A stretch of 64,000 nucleotides of DNA. Origin: Sulfurospirillum sp. GTDB taxonomy: Bacteria > Campylobacterota > Campylobacteria > Campylobacterales > Sulfurospirillaceae. Position 1 is the first letter of the stretch, and every line of letters starts with the position of its first letter. Location of the stretch: assembly GCA_045047115.1 (NCBI GenBank), contig JASFYR010000022.1:1-64000 (forward strand). The letters run 5' to 3'. A program made the translations under genes and the position numbers. Shown here piece after piece: positions 48,663 to 58,492 of the stretch. The notes beneath the pieces are model-generated. The model worked only from the letters and a program-made list of their open reading frames with translations. It made no database searches and was not told the origin of the DNA.

Positions 48663-49379
48663 ATGAACAAGAGTTTTGTGACAGATTTGATTAGTGTTTT
48701 ATTTGTAGCTGTATCATTTTTTGTGGTTGAACCATACAAAGATATACTTCTGTACATTGGTCTTTTTGCACTCTCGGGTGCTATTACCAATCAAATAGCT
48801 ATACATATGCTTTTTGAAAAAGTGCCGTTTTTTTATGGTTCAGGTGTGATTGAAATGAGGTTTGATGCCTTTAAAAGCTCTATAAAAAATCTCATGATGA
48901 AGCAGTTTTTTACCAAAGAGCAGATAGATAACTTTTTTAGAAATGAAGAGAGAAAGCTAGACTTGACTCCTGTGATAGAACAGAGTGATTTCTCTCCCGC
49001 ATATGAAGCTTTGGTTAAGACGGTTATGGAGTCTTCCTTTGGCGGGATGCTTGGAATGTTTGGCGGTGAAAATGCTCTAAATTCCCTAAAAGAGCCATTT
49101 ACTGAAAAATTAAAAGAGTCCGTATTGAAGATTTCACAAAGCAAGGTTTTTTCATCGCAACTTGAAAATTATATAAAAAATTCAGGTGTAAGCGATGATA
49201 TGCTTCAAACCATAGAGACTATGATAGATAAAAGATTAGATGAATTGACTCCTAAAATTGTCAAAGAGATTGTCCAGGACTTCATAAAAGAACACTTAGG
49301 TTGGTTAGTTATCTGGGGAGGATTTTTTGGCGGTCTTATAGGACTTATTTCTGCTTTGGTATTTGTTTATGGTGTGTGA
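48663..49379 (+). CDS. DUF445-like membrane protein
   Basis: GAITNQIAIHMLF, GSGVI, GWLVIWGGFFGGLIG. Confidence 0.75.
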   Translation: MNKSFVTDLISVLFVAVSFFVVEPYKDILLYIGLFALSGAITNQIAIHMLFEKVPFFYGSGVIEMRFDAFKSSIKNLMMKQFFTKEQIDNFFRNEERKLDLTPVIEQSDFSPAYEALVKTVMESSFGGMLGMFGGENALNSLKEPFTEKLKESVLKISQSKVFSSQLENYIKNSGVSDDMLQTIETMIDKRLDELTPKIVKEIVQDFIKEHLGWLVIWGGFFGGLIGLISALVFVYGV

Positions 49380-50469
49380 GTACTTTGGGATTTGTGGTAG
49401 TTGTAAGCTCCATAATTTCTCTTATAAAGAGCAAGTAGAAGATAAAAAAAACTATATAAAAGAACTTTTCGATTTAGAAGAGTTTGAATTTTTTGTTTCA
49501 AAAGATAAACATTATAGAAATAGAGCCGAATTTAGGATTTGGCACGAGGGTGAGAATATATACTACGGTATGCACCGACTCGAAGGCAAAGAGATTTTGA
49601 AGGTAGGTGAGTGCCCAAAAGTGGACGAGGATATCTACACTTTGATGCCACGGCTAAAATCAGAACTTCAAGAGAGCAGCGAGCTTAAAAACAGACTTTA
49701 TGCAGTAGAGTTTCTCTCGTCAGTTGATTCAGTGCTTGTGACACTTATTTACCACAAAAAGATAGGACAGGAGTGGAGAAATGAAGCAAAAAAACTAGAG
49801 CAAAAATTAGGAGTTTTTATAATAGGACGGGCTAGAAAGATAAAAGAGATACTAACTCAGGACTTTATACAAGAGACTCTACATGTAGAGGGTAGAGAGT
49901 ATAGATATAAAATTATAGAGGGTGGTTTTTCACAGCCAAACAGAGGTGTAAATGAGAAGATGATAGAGTGGGTTTGCTCTCATGTGAAAAATCCTAAAGA
50001 TTTGCTTGAGCTATACTGTGGTTATGGAAATTTTACAATCCCTCTTGGCTCAAAATTTAAAAAAGTTCTGGCAACTGAAATCTCAAAAGCATCTATAAAA
50101 TCTGCTTTTTTTAGTTGTGAGTTAAACGGTATAAAAAATATACAATTTCTAAGGATGAGCGCACAAGAGCTGACAAGTGCTCTAAAAAAAGAGCGAGAGT
50201 TTAATAGACTAAAAGATATAGATCTTGATAGCTATAACTTCTCTCATGTATTTGTTGATCCGCCAAGAGCTGGTATGGATGAGAGGAGTTTGGAATTTAT
50301 ATCCAGATTCGAACACATTATATATATATCTTGCAACCCACTCACACTCAAGAGAGATTTGGAGGTTTTAAATAAAAGATATAAAAGAGTTGCCTTTGCG
50401 GTTTTTGACCAGTTTCCATACACCAACCACATAGAATCTGGTATAATTTTAAAAAAGAAAAAGAAATAG
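49369..50469 (+). CDS. trmA: tRNA (uracil-54-C5)-methyltransferase (start moved to ATG 49369)
   Basis: YRNRAEF, FSQPN, LELYCG.GNF, DPPR, YISCNP, DQFPYT.HIE. Confidence 0.93.
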   Translation: MVCEYFGICGSCKLHNFSYKEQVEDKKNYIKELFDLEEFEFFVSKDKHYRNRAEFRIWHEGENIYYGMHRLEGKEILKVGECPKVDEDIYTLMPRLKSELQESSELKNRLYAVEFLSSVDSVLVTLIYHKKIGQEWRNEAKKLEQKLGVFIIGRARKIKEILTQDFIQETLHVEGREYRYKIIEGGFSQPNRGVNEKMIEWVCSHVKNPKDLLELYCGYGNFTIPLGSKFKKVLATEISKASIKSAFFSCELNGIKNIQFLRMSAQELTSALKKEREFNRLKDIDLDSYNFSHVFVDPPRAGMDERSLEFISRFEHIIYISCNPLTLKRDLEVLNKRYKRVAFAVFDQFPYTNHIESGIILKKKKK

Positions 50470-50477
50470 GAGAGATC

Positions 50478-50912
50478 ATGGAATGTCCGATGCCGACCAT
50501 AAATACAAATGATGCCAAAGAGTTAAAAAAGATATTTGAAGAGATAAAAACCATAGCTATTATCGGTCTTTCACCAAATGAGACCAAAGATAGCAATATG
50601 GTTGGAAAGTATCTACAAAGTGTTGGCTATAAGATAATTCCTATCTATCCAAAAGAGGAGTATATACTGGGCGAAAAGGTGTATAGAAGCCTTAATGAAG
50701 TGCCAAATGGTGTAGATATGGTTGATATGTTTAGAAAGCCGGCCATAGCAGACAGCCTACTTGATGAGGTGCTTAAAAGAGATGATGTGAAGGTGTTTTG
50801 GCTTCAGTTGGGAATTGTAAACAATGAAGCTTGCGAGAGAGCAAAAAAAGCCGGACTGAGAGTAGTGCAAAACAGATGCTCAAAAGTAGAACATCAAAGG
50901 TTGATGAAGTGA
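50478..50912 (+). CDS. CoA-binding protein (YccU-like)
   Basis: IAIIGLS, GYKIIP, VDMFR, WLQLG. Confidence 0.87.
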   Translation: MECPMPTINTNDAKELKKIFEEIKTIAIIGLSPNETKDSNMVGKYLQSVGYKIIPIYPKEEYILGEKVYRSLNEVPNGVDMVDMFRKPAIADSLLDEVLKRDDVKVFWLQLGIVNNEACERAKKAGLRVVQNRCSKVEHQRLMK

Positions 50913-52120
50913 TAGAACTCAGTGAAATAGTACAGGCAAGAAGATTGATAAGTGATGTTATAGCAAAAACACCTTTTATACTGGCTCCTCTTTTAAGTGA
51001 GAGGGTAGGCGCAAATATATTTTTAAAAAAAGAGAACCTTCAGCTTACGGGAGCCTATAAGATACGAGGTGCGTTTAACAAGATAGCATCTTTGAGTGAT
51101 GAAGAAAAAGCAGCAGGTGTTGTAGCTGCAAGTGCAGGAAACCATGCTCAAGGTGTGGGGTATAGTGCGAGGCATTTTGGTATCAAGGCTGTTATCATCA
51201 TGCCTGAAGCCACACCATTGCTTAAAGTCACAGGCACAAAGGCTCTTGGGGCTGAAGTAATACTGCATGGTGATAATTATGATGAAGCTTATGCTTATGC
51301 TCTTAAATATGCAAAAGATAACGGTTTTATATTTATACATCCGTTTGAAGATGAAAAGGTTATAGCAGGGCAGGGAACTGTAGGCTTGGAGATGATGGAT
51401 GAGATAAAAGATTTGAACACTATCTTGGTCCCGATAGGCGGAGGCGGACTCATCACCGGTATCGCATCAGCCATCAAGCAGATAGATCCAAGCATTAGAA
51501 TCATAGGTGTTGTTTCACAGGGAGCACCGGCAATATATAACTCTTTTAAAGCCAAAGATATTCAAAACTCAAAAAGTGTTAGAACTATAGCAGACGGTAT
51601 AGCCGTAAGAGATGTAAGCAAAAAAAATCTAAAGCATATACTTGAGTCTGTTGATGATATCGTTATGGTTGATGACGAAGAGATAGCTACGGCGGTTTTA
51701 TATCTGCTTGAGAGACAAAAGATTGTTGTAGAGGGTGCCGGAGCAACCGGAGTGGCTGCTGTGATGCATAAAAAGTTCAACTTTAAAAAAGGTGAAAATA
51801 TAGGCATAGTGCTAAGTGGTGGAAATATAGATGTCCAAATGCTCTCAGTCATTATCGAAAAAGGACTTATAAAATCACACAGAAAGATGAAGTTACTCAT
51901 CACTCTTATCGACAAACCCAGAGCCTTGATGTATCTGACAGATATACTAAGAGATGCAAATGCAAATATCATACAGATTGATTATGACAGGACTTCTACC
52001 AAGTTGGCTTATGGCGATGCAAAGATAACGATAGTATTGGAAACGAAGGGGTCAGAGCATCAAGAGTATATAAAAGAGATGCTGGGTAACAGCGGCTATC
52101 TTTTTGAGGAAGAGCTGTAA
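50909..52120 (+). CDS. ilvA: Threonine ammonia-lyase with C-terminal ACT domain (start moved to GTG 50909)
   Basis: ENLQ.TGAYKIRGA, SAGNHAQG, GGGGL, SGGN. Confidence 0.93.
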   Translation: MIELSEIVQARRLISDVIAKTPFILAPLLSERVGANIFLKKENLQLTGAYKIRGAFNKIASLSDEEKAAGVVAASAGNHAQGVGYSARHFGIKAVIIMPEATPLLKVTGTKALGAEVILHGDNYDEAYAYALKYAKDNGFIFIHPFEDEKVIAGQGTVGLEMMDEIKDLNTILVPIGGGGLITGIASAIKQIDPSIRIIGVVSQGAPAIYNSFKAKDIQNSKSVRTIADGIAVRDVSKKNLKHILESVDDIVMVDDEEIATAVLYLLERQKIVVEGAGATGVAAVMHKKFNFKKGENIGIVLSGGNIDVQMLSVIIEKGLIKSHRKMKLLITLIDKPRALMYLTDILRDANANIIQIDYDRTSTKLAYGDAKITIVLETKGSEHQEYIKEMLGNSGYLFEEEL

Positions 52121-53086
52121 GTGTCTATAGCGATATTAACCTCCGGAGGAGATTGTGCAGGTATGAATCCTGCTATAAAAAAGTTTGTAGATTACTGTTT
52201 TGATAGAGGAGTGCAACCATATCTGGTATATGATGGGTTAGAGGGCCTGATAGACGGCGTTATCAAAAAAGCGAATCATAGTGATGTCGCAGGCATCATC
52301 CATGAGGGGGGTACAAGGCTTAGATCATCAAGATCTAAAAGATTTTTTGAATATGAGTATAGAAAAAGAGCATATGAAAATTTAAAAAATCTAGGAATTG
52401 ACAGGTTGATTATTTTAGGCGGCGACGGATCTTTTAGAGCGCTTAAGCAGTTTTATGATGATTTTGGAGTCAGTTTTGTCGGTATCCCCTCTACTATAGA
52501 TAATGATATCTTTGGTACTGATTATTGCCTGGGAGTTGATACAGCGCTAAATATGATACGATGGGCTACTGATTCTATAAGAGATACTTCAGCCTCTTTT
52601 AGAAGAGGCTGTGTTATCGAGACTATGGGTAGAAATTGTGGTTATTTAGCTTTGGTATCAGCTGTTACATGTGGAGCTGAAGTTTGTGTGATACCTGAGA
52701 TGGAGTATGATTTAAACAGCCTTTGTAAAAAGCTTAAAAAACAACTTGATGAAGGTAGAAAATACATAGTAGCAGTCGTTGCAGAGGGGTCTAAAAAAAC
52801 TGATTTTTTAGTAAAGTGGCTTGAAGAGGATGTTGGCATAGAGACAAGAGCTACGATATTGGGACATATCCAAAGAGGTGGAAACCCAACAGTATATGAC
52901 AGGCTTATGGCGACAGAGTTTGTCATATACGCTATAGATAAATTAGTAGAGCAAAAATCAAATGAAGGTTTGGTTGTGGTATATAGAGATGCAAAATTTG
53001 AATTTGCACCAATTGAGTATGTGAATTCAAGAAAATTTGAGATACAGCAAGGTTTGCTGGATTTGGCAGCCAAGATGACAAAATAG
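52121..53086 (+). CDS. pfkA: ATP-dependent 6-phosphofructokinase
   Basis: TSGGD, GGDGS, PSTIDND, MGRNCG, LGHIQRGG. Confidence 0.94.
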   Translation: MSIAILTSGGDCAGMNPAIKKFVDYCFDRGVQPYLVYDGLEGLIDGVIKKANHSDVAGIIHEGGTRLRSSRSKRFFEYEYRKRAYENLKNLGIDRLIILGGDGSFRALKQFYDDFGVSFVGIPSTIDNDIFGTDYCLGVDTALNMIRWATDSIRDTSASFRRGCVIETMGRNCGYLALVSAVTCGAEVCVIPEMEYDLNSLCKKLKKQLDEGRKYIVAVVAEGSKKTDFLVKWLEEDVGIETRATILGHIQRGGNPTVYDRLMATEFVIYAIDKLVEQKSNEGLVVVYRDAKFEFAPIEYVNSRKFEIQQGLLDLAAKMTK

Positions 53087-53103
53087 TTGCCTTATATGGC
53101 AAC
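53086..53103 (+). terminator. Possible weak terminator hairpin after pfkA (GTTGCC-TTATAT-GGCAAC)
   Basis: 6-bp stem at the stop codon; poor U-tract. Confidence 0.35.
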
Positions 53104-53233
53104 ATCTTGCATTGACTCAATATTTTTGTGCTTAAACCATAAAATAATATTCTTACAAACATATTTTCATATGAAATTCATATTATTTTGATATTATTAC
53201 AAAGTTAAAAAATATTTACAAAGTAAGAAAAAA

Positions 53234-54913
53234 GTGTCATACTATCAAAAACATCTATATTTTAAGAAAATTGCTTTTATAATGTCTGTCATATGGACGC
53301 TGATAACTCTCATTTTTTTTGTATATCAGCTTCAAAACGAAAACAGACACATACTTCAAAATACTCTCACTAAAGCAAGAAATGCAGCAAATCAAGCCCA
53401 ATATGTTATAAATTGGATATATGACCAAAAGGTCAAAAGTAACGAGCATAAAAAGATGGGTGGATTAAAGCTTGATTTTTCTCTTAAAGATTTAATTTAT
53501 AAGATGAACATGGATATAGGTGTTGCTATGGATATAAACAGCATTGAATCTGATTTTAAAAAAAGTCAAAATAGTAGCATCATAAGCAAAACCATAAACA
53601 AAATGAGACTCACAAAAAAGGAACAGTACGCTCTTTATAAAGTAAAAGATGAAAGATATGTTTTTTATACAAAACCACTGTTTGCCGACAAAAGCTGTTT
53701 GGTATGCCATATTTATATGGGCAAACAAAATGGAGATATTCTCGGTAGTATAAATGCTAAAATAAAAATTCCAAAATTTATCAGAGTTAACAAAAGCAGT
53801 TATTTGTTTTTGATTTTTATCTATATGACTACATGGATAACGGGTCTTTTTATCATATGGTTTGCAAGGTATAAGAGCAAGATATATTTTGATGAAAAAT
53901 TGAGAAACTATGAAGAAAGCATCTATGGACTTGTAGAGATGATGGAAAGAAGAGATAGCTATACAGCCGGACATAGTCACAGGGTTGCCAAGTATTCAGT
54001 TTTGATTGCTCAAAAATTAAATTTTACAAAAGATGATATTGACTTGATTTTCAGAGCAGCTATGCTCCATGACATAGGAAAGATGGATATACCGGATGCA
54101 CTTCTTTTAAAACCCGGAGCACTAAGTGATGATGAATATGAACTCATAAAAAATCACTCTATGTTTGGGTATGAGTTGCTAAAACATGGTCCGTTTAAAG
54201 AGCTCTCAAAGATAGTTTTGTGCCATCACGAGAGATATGACGGTAGAGGCTATCCGAATGGATTGAAAGCGGATGAAATTCCAAAAATGTCACAGATTAT
54301 CTCTATATCTGATGCTTTTGATGCCATGACTACAAATCGTGCATACAAGGAGGCTTGCAGTAAAGAAGAAGCGTTGCAAAATGTAAATAAAAATATCTCC
54401 ACACAGTTTAACCCTCACTTTGCCAAAGTTGCCATAGAAGCGCTTAGAGATATAGAACTACCAAAAAACACAGCGCAAATGCCTCAAAATAAACTCGAAG
54501 AGATGAGATTTTGCTATTATTTAAAAGATCAATTAACGGGATGCTATAATATTGATTATCTAAAATATATACTGCTCTATAGAGAAAAATACAAAAATGC
54601 AAGCGCATTTTATATAGGACTTAGTGATTTTTCAAACTACAATAAACTTCATGGCTGGAGATGTGGTGATGAGGTTTTGAAAAGTGTTGCAAATATACTA
54701 CTGAAAAATTATCCCAATTCTATAGTAATTCGTCTATTTGGAGATAGTTTTGTGATTATTTGTAAAGATAAAAATTGTAAATTTGAGATAAAAATTCTAG
54801 AACAAGAGTTAGGTGAGTTGAGATTAAAATTTCATTCTACGCAGATAGATTTGATGGATAAAAATATAAAAACGATAGAGGAGTTTGAAAATATCACTCT
54901 GTCATTTAAGTAA
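53234..54913 (+). CDS. Membrane HD-GYP phosphodiesterase with periplasmic CxxCH domain (DUF3365-like) and degenerate GGDEF tail
   Basis: TM, CLVCH, TM, YTAGHS.RV, LHDIGK, HHERYDGRGYP; C-terminal DQLTG...RLFGDSF. Confidence 0.88.
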   Translation: MSYYQKHLYFKKIAFIMSVIWTLITLIFFVYQLQNENRHILQNTLTKARNAANQAQYVINWIYDQKVKSNEHKKMGGLKLDFSLKDLIYKMNMDIGVAMDINSIESDFKKSQNSSIISKTINKMRLTKKEQYALYKVKDERYVFYTKPLFADKSCLVCHIYMGKQNGDILGSINAKIKIPKFIRVNKSSYLFLIFIYMTTWITGLFIIWFARYKSKIYFDEKLRNYEESIYGLVEMMERRDSYTAGHSHRVAKYSVLIAQKLNFTKDDIDLIFRAAMLHDIGKMDIPDALLLKPGALSDDEYELIKNHSMFGYELLKHGPFKELSKIVLCHHERYDGRGYPNGLKADEIPKMSQIISISDAFDAMTTNRAYKEACSKEEALQNVNKNISTQFNPHFAKVAIEALRDIELPKNTAQMPQNKLEEMRFCYYLKDQLTGCYNIDYLKYILLYREKYKNASAFYIGLSDFSNYNKLHGWRCGDEVLKSVANILLKNYPNSIVIRLFGDSFVIICKDKNCKFEIKILEQELGELRLKFHSTQIDLMDKNIKTIEEFENITLSFK

Positions 54914-55167
54914 CAAAATGTTGCTTGGCTAAGACTTTTTGAACTTTTCAAGACACAGAAGACAATATAATAAGAAACTGTGTTGATGCTCTGGATAGGT
55001 CAATCAGTCCGGATCATGCTATTTTCATTTTTATTTAGTCAGTTTATTTTTATAAAAATTTACAAAGAAAATAGGGATATTTTTTTAGAATTTGATTGTA
55101 TGTATATTGGATACAATATTTCCTATCCTATGTGTATGGTCAGTTAATGATTTGTTGAAGATATTTT

Positions 55168-55176
55168 TGCTATAAT
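55168..55176 (+). promoter_or_regulatory. Extended -10 TGCTATAAT for the rhodanese-EAL operon
   Basis: Perfect TGnTATAAT; RBS AAGGAGG upstream of ATG 55217. Confidence 0.65.
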
Positions 55177-55216
55177 ACAATAACTTTCCATAACATACTT
55201 AAAGGAGGGTAGTGTA

Positions 55217-56098
55217 ATGTTTTTAAAATTACTGTTTTTTATTTTAATTTTTGCTTCTCTTGGAGTATCTGATACATTGCAAGAGCCGATGCCTGTTATA
55301 GTCTCTGTCGGGTGGTTGAAAACTCATCTAAATGATAAAGATGTTATTGTTATAGATGTAAGAAAAAATAAGGATTATAGAAAGAGGCATATCAAAGGTG
55401 CTGTAAATATGCCTGTGATGAAAGATTTTTTTACTAAAAAAACACTTAAGATGCCAAAATTAACATATCTAAAAGAGCTATTTTCAAATGCCGGCATAGA
55501 TACAAATACAAAGGTCATCGTTTACGACAACGGTCAGTTTTGCTGGGCAGCAAGAGTTTGCTGGGTATTGAAAGTACTCGGACATAAGAATGAGAGTCTA
55601 TTAAGATATGGATATGGTGATTATATAAAAAGTAATCTGCCAATATCTAAAAAAAGTCCAAAAAAAATAAGAACAGAATTTATTCTGAGAGTTAATGATG
55701 AAATGATTGCAACAAAATTAGATGTTTTGATAGCAATACAGAACAAAGAACCTATTTTAGATGGTAGGTCAAGAGATATGTATATGGGTAAAACTTCTAT
55801 TGCAAAAAGATACGGACACATACCAACCGCACAACTCTTCAGCGGAGCAAATAATTATAAAATAACGGCTGATGGAAATAAACTCAAAAGTTTTGATGAA
55901 CTAAAGAGCATCTATAAATCTATGCCAAAAAACAAAAAAATTATCATATATTGTCAAGACGGTGCCGATGCTGCACTTGATGATATATTGATGCGAAAAT
56001 TGGGGTATAAAACTTCAGTATATGAGGGTTCTTGGATAGAGTGGGGAAATGATGATGCTCTGCCTATAGTCAATCCTTCAAAAAAGAGTAAAATATAA
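55217..56098 (+). CDS. Secreted tandem-domain rhodanese/sulfurtransferase
   Basis: Signal peptide; IDVR, HIKGAVN, GHIPTA, YCQDG, YEGSWIEW. Confidence 0.88.
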   Translation: MFLKLLFFILIFASLGVSDTLQEPMPVIVSVGWLKTHLNDKDVIVIDVRKNKDYRKRHIKGAVNMPVMKDFFTKKTLKMPKLTYLKELFSNAGIDTNTKVIVYDNGQFCWAARVCWVLKVLGHKNESLLRYGYGDYIKSNLPISKKSPKKIRTEFILRVNDEMIATKLDVLIAIQNKEPILDGRSRDMYMGKTSIAKRYGHIPTAQLFSGANNYKITADGNKLKSFDELKSIYKSMPKNKKIIIYCQDGADAALDDILMRKLGYKTSVYEGSWIEWGNDDALPIVNPSKKSKI

Positions 56099-56110
56099 AA
56101 CGGATTTAAA

Positions 56111-58474
56111 ATGCAAAAAAAGTATAAAGGCTCTATCAAAAAAGAGTTGCTGGGTATCATACTCTCTATAGTAATGGTAGCGATAGCTGTCGGATATGCG
56201 ATTTTTTTGAATAAATACATAAATAACGAGCAAAAAAGAGATATCTCTTTGATGAAAACGATCAGTAAAATCATAAGCCAGGATGTTGCTAAAATTATGT
56301 ATATGGACAATATATCTGTAGCAGCCGATGTAACAACACAACTCAAATCCTTCTCAAATTTAGATTCAATTGTACTATATAAAAAAAATGGAGAACCATT
56401 ATTTCAATATTTCAAAGATAATAAAACTCATCAAGTTGGAAAATTTGATAAAAACATGCTTGGAAAGGCTATAGTTCAAAATGACAAATTGAGACTATAT
56501 AGCAAACTATTTTACAAAGGGACTTTTCTTGTCAGCGGGGAGTACTCTTTTAAGATTGAAACTCTCAAAGAGATATTTTTAGGTGATGCTCCTTTTCTTG
56601 CTTTGATACTTTGTATTATGCTGTTTTTGGCCTATATCTTATCTTGGTATTATGCTAAAAAGTTTACAGCTCCCATACTCTCTTTGGTGAAATTTTTGGA
56701 AAATATCAAAGACGAAAAATTTTTGAAAGATAGAATTAAGACTATGGCAAAGAATGAATTCGGTGTACTTTATGATGAGATAAACACGATGCTTGAGAGG
56801 ATGCAGGAGTCTTACGGGGAGTTAAAGATTGCAGCTGTTGCATTTGAAACACAAAATCCGATAGTGATTACCGATAGTAAGGCAAGAATTTTGAGAACAA
56901 ATAGAGCTTTTGAGAAAATTACCGGCTACAAAGAGAGTGAAGTTATCGGTAACAATCCCTCTGTATTGAAATCCGGAAAACATGATGTTGATTTTTATAA
57001 AGATATGTACCAAAAATTACTAAACAATCACTACTGGAGCGGTGGCATAATAAACCGCAAAAAAGACGGCTCGCTCTATCATGAAAACTTAACCATACAA
57101 ACCGTACTTCATGAGAATAGTGATGTAGCTTACTATATTGCCTCTTTCACTGACACAACAAAACAGAAAGAGGCAGAAGAAAAATTAAAGTTTTTAGAAC
57201 ATTATGATGTTTTAACAGGCTTGGCAAACAGAAACCTTTTGAGAAAAGAACTAGAACTAGAGATAGATAAAAACGACGAAGATAAAATATGCGGATTTAT
57301 ATGCTGTGATATAGAAAATTTTAAAATGGTCAATGAGGGGTATGGCTTTGAATTTGGTAACAGACTTTTACAAGCAGTTGCACAAAGGCTTAAGGAGAAT
57401 ATTAAAGAGGCAAAATATATAGCCAAAATCGGAGCTAATGAATTTTTCTTATGGTTTGAGTATAATAAAAAGGATATAAAGAGTATTAACTTAGAGATAA
57501 GACTTGAAGCCCAAAAGATATCTCAAACAGTAAGTAAATCATTTCAAATAGATAACAAGTCGATTGGTTTATTGTTTCATATCGGCATATCCATCAGTGA
57601 TGCAATTAAGACAAAAACTGCCAGAGACATAATCAAAGAAGCTGTAAGCGCTATAAATATCGCCAAAGAGAGCGGGTATAGAATCTCATTTTACGATAAG
57701 ACTTATCAGGATAAATCTATAAAACACCTCGATATGTACTCAGAAATGCTAATTGCTATAAAAGAGGAGCAGTTTGAGTTGTTTTATCAGTTGCAAAACA
57801 ATGATAAAAAAGAAGTGGTGGGAGCTGAAGCATTGATGCGGTGGAGAAGATCTAAAGATGAGATAGTTTCTCCGATAAAATTTATCCCACTATTGGAGAA
57901 ATCCGGTCTTATCTTGAAACTAAGCAACTGGATAGCAGAGACTGCCTGTAAACAATTGGCGATATGGCAAAAAAATGAAAAAACCAAGAACTTAACCGTA
58001 TCTATCAATGTCAGCCCAAAAGAGTTTTACAGTGAAAATTTTTTACTGAACATCAAAAATAATCTTCAAAAATATAATATACCAAGAAACAAGCTTAAAG
58101 TTGAACTTGTCGAGTCTATATTGGTTGAAAAGATGGACTTGGTTTTAGAAAAAATGGAGGGACTGAGAAAGGCAGGGGTTAAAATTTCACTTGATGATTT
58201 TGGAACCGGGTATTCATCTCTGTCTTATTTAAAAAAACTACCTATAAATCAGATAAAAATAGATAGAGTTTTTATAAAAAATGTAAGAGAAAACAGAAAA
58301 GACAGGGCTATTGTTGAGAGTATTTTATTGCTCAAAGATGCTTTTGGTGTTAATGTGATAGCTGAAGGAGTTGAAACTAAAGAGGATTTTGAGTTTTTAA
58401 ATACTCTTGGTTGTACTTTGTATCAGGGTTTCTACTTCTCAAAACCAAAACCAATAAACGAGATAGACATCTAA
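56111..58474 (+). CDS. Membrane sensor HAMP-PAS-GGDEF(degenerate)-EAL c-di-GMP phosphodiesterase
   Basis: Two TMs, HAMP (NEFGVL), PAS (NRAFEKITGY), GANEF, EAL, DDFGTGYSS, KID, EGVE. Confidence 0.9.
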   Translation: MQKKYKGSIKKELLGIILSIVMVAIAVGYAIFLNKYINNEQKRDISLMKTISKIISQDVAKIMYMDNISVAADVTTQLKSFSNLDSIVLYKKNGEPLFQYFKDNKTHQVGKFDKNMLGKAIVQNDKLRLYSKLFYKGTFLVSGEYSFKIETLKEIFLGDAPFLALILCIMLFLAYILSWYYAKKFTAPILSLVKFLENIKDEKFLKDRIKTMAKNEFGVLYDEINTMLERMQESYGELKIAAVAFETQNPIVITDSKARILRTNRAFEKITGYKESEVIGNNPSVLKSGKHDVDFYKDMYQKLLNNHYWSGGIINRKKDGSLYHENLTIQTVLHENSDVAYYIASFTDTTKQKEAEEKLKFLEHYDVLTGLANRNLLRKELELEIDKNDEDKICGFICCDIENFKMVNEGYGFEFGNRLLQAVAQRLKENIKEAKYIAKIGANEFFLWFEYNKKDIKSINLEIRLEAQKISQTVSKSFQIDNKSIGLLFHIGISISDAIKTKTARDIIKEAVSAINIAKESGYRISFYDKTYQDKSIKHLDMYSEMLIAIKEEQFELFYQLQNNDKKEVVGAEALMRWRRSKDEIVSPIKFIPLLEKSGLILKLSNWIAETACKQLAIWQKNEKTKNLTVSINVSPKEFYSENFLLNIKNNLQKYNIPRNKLKVELVESILVEKMDLVLEKMEGLRKAGVKISLDDFGTGYSSLSYLKKLPINQIKIDRVFIKNVRENRKDRAIVESILLLKDAFGVNVIAEGVETKEDFEFLNTLGCTLYQGFYFSKPKPINEIDI

Positions 58475-58492
58475 TCTCTCTTTAGCGCAAAT

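Noticed and set aside
50831..50908. N-terminal extensions in the ORF track (ilvA; likewise mrdA, argA-like, second fbp, ycjX, trmA)
   Set aside because: They overlap upstream genes or lack an RBS; downstream starts with an RBS or stop-start coupling fit better.
23206..52271. Phase-variable homopolymer tracts (A9 at 23206 and 44273, G6 in napL and pfkA)
   Set aside because: No poly-G/C run of 8 or more seen; A9 runs are expected at this AT content and frames are intact.
54914..55216. c-di-GMP-I (GEMM) riboswitch between the c-di-GMP genes
   Set aside because: No GGCAAAC/GAAA tetraloop/GACGCAAAG-like signature found on either strand by eye.
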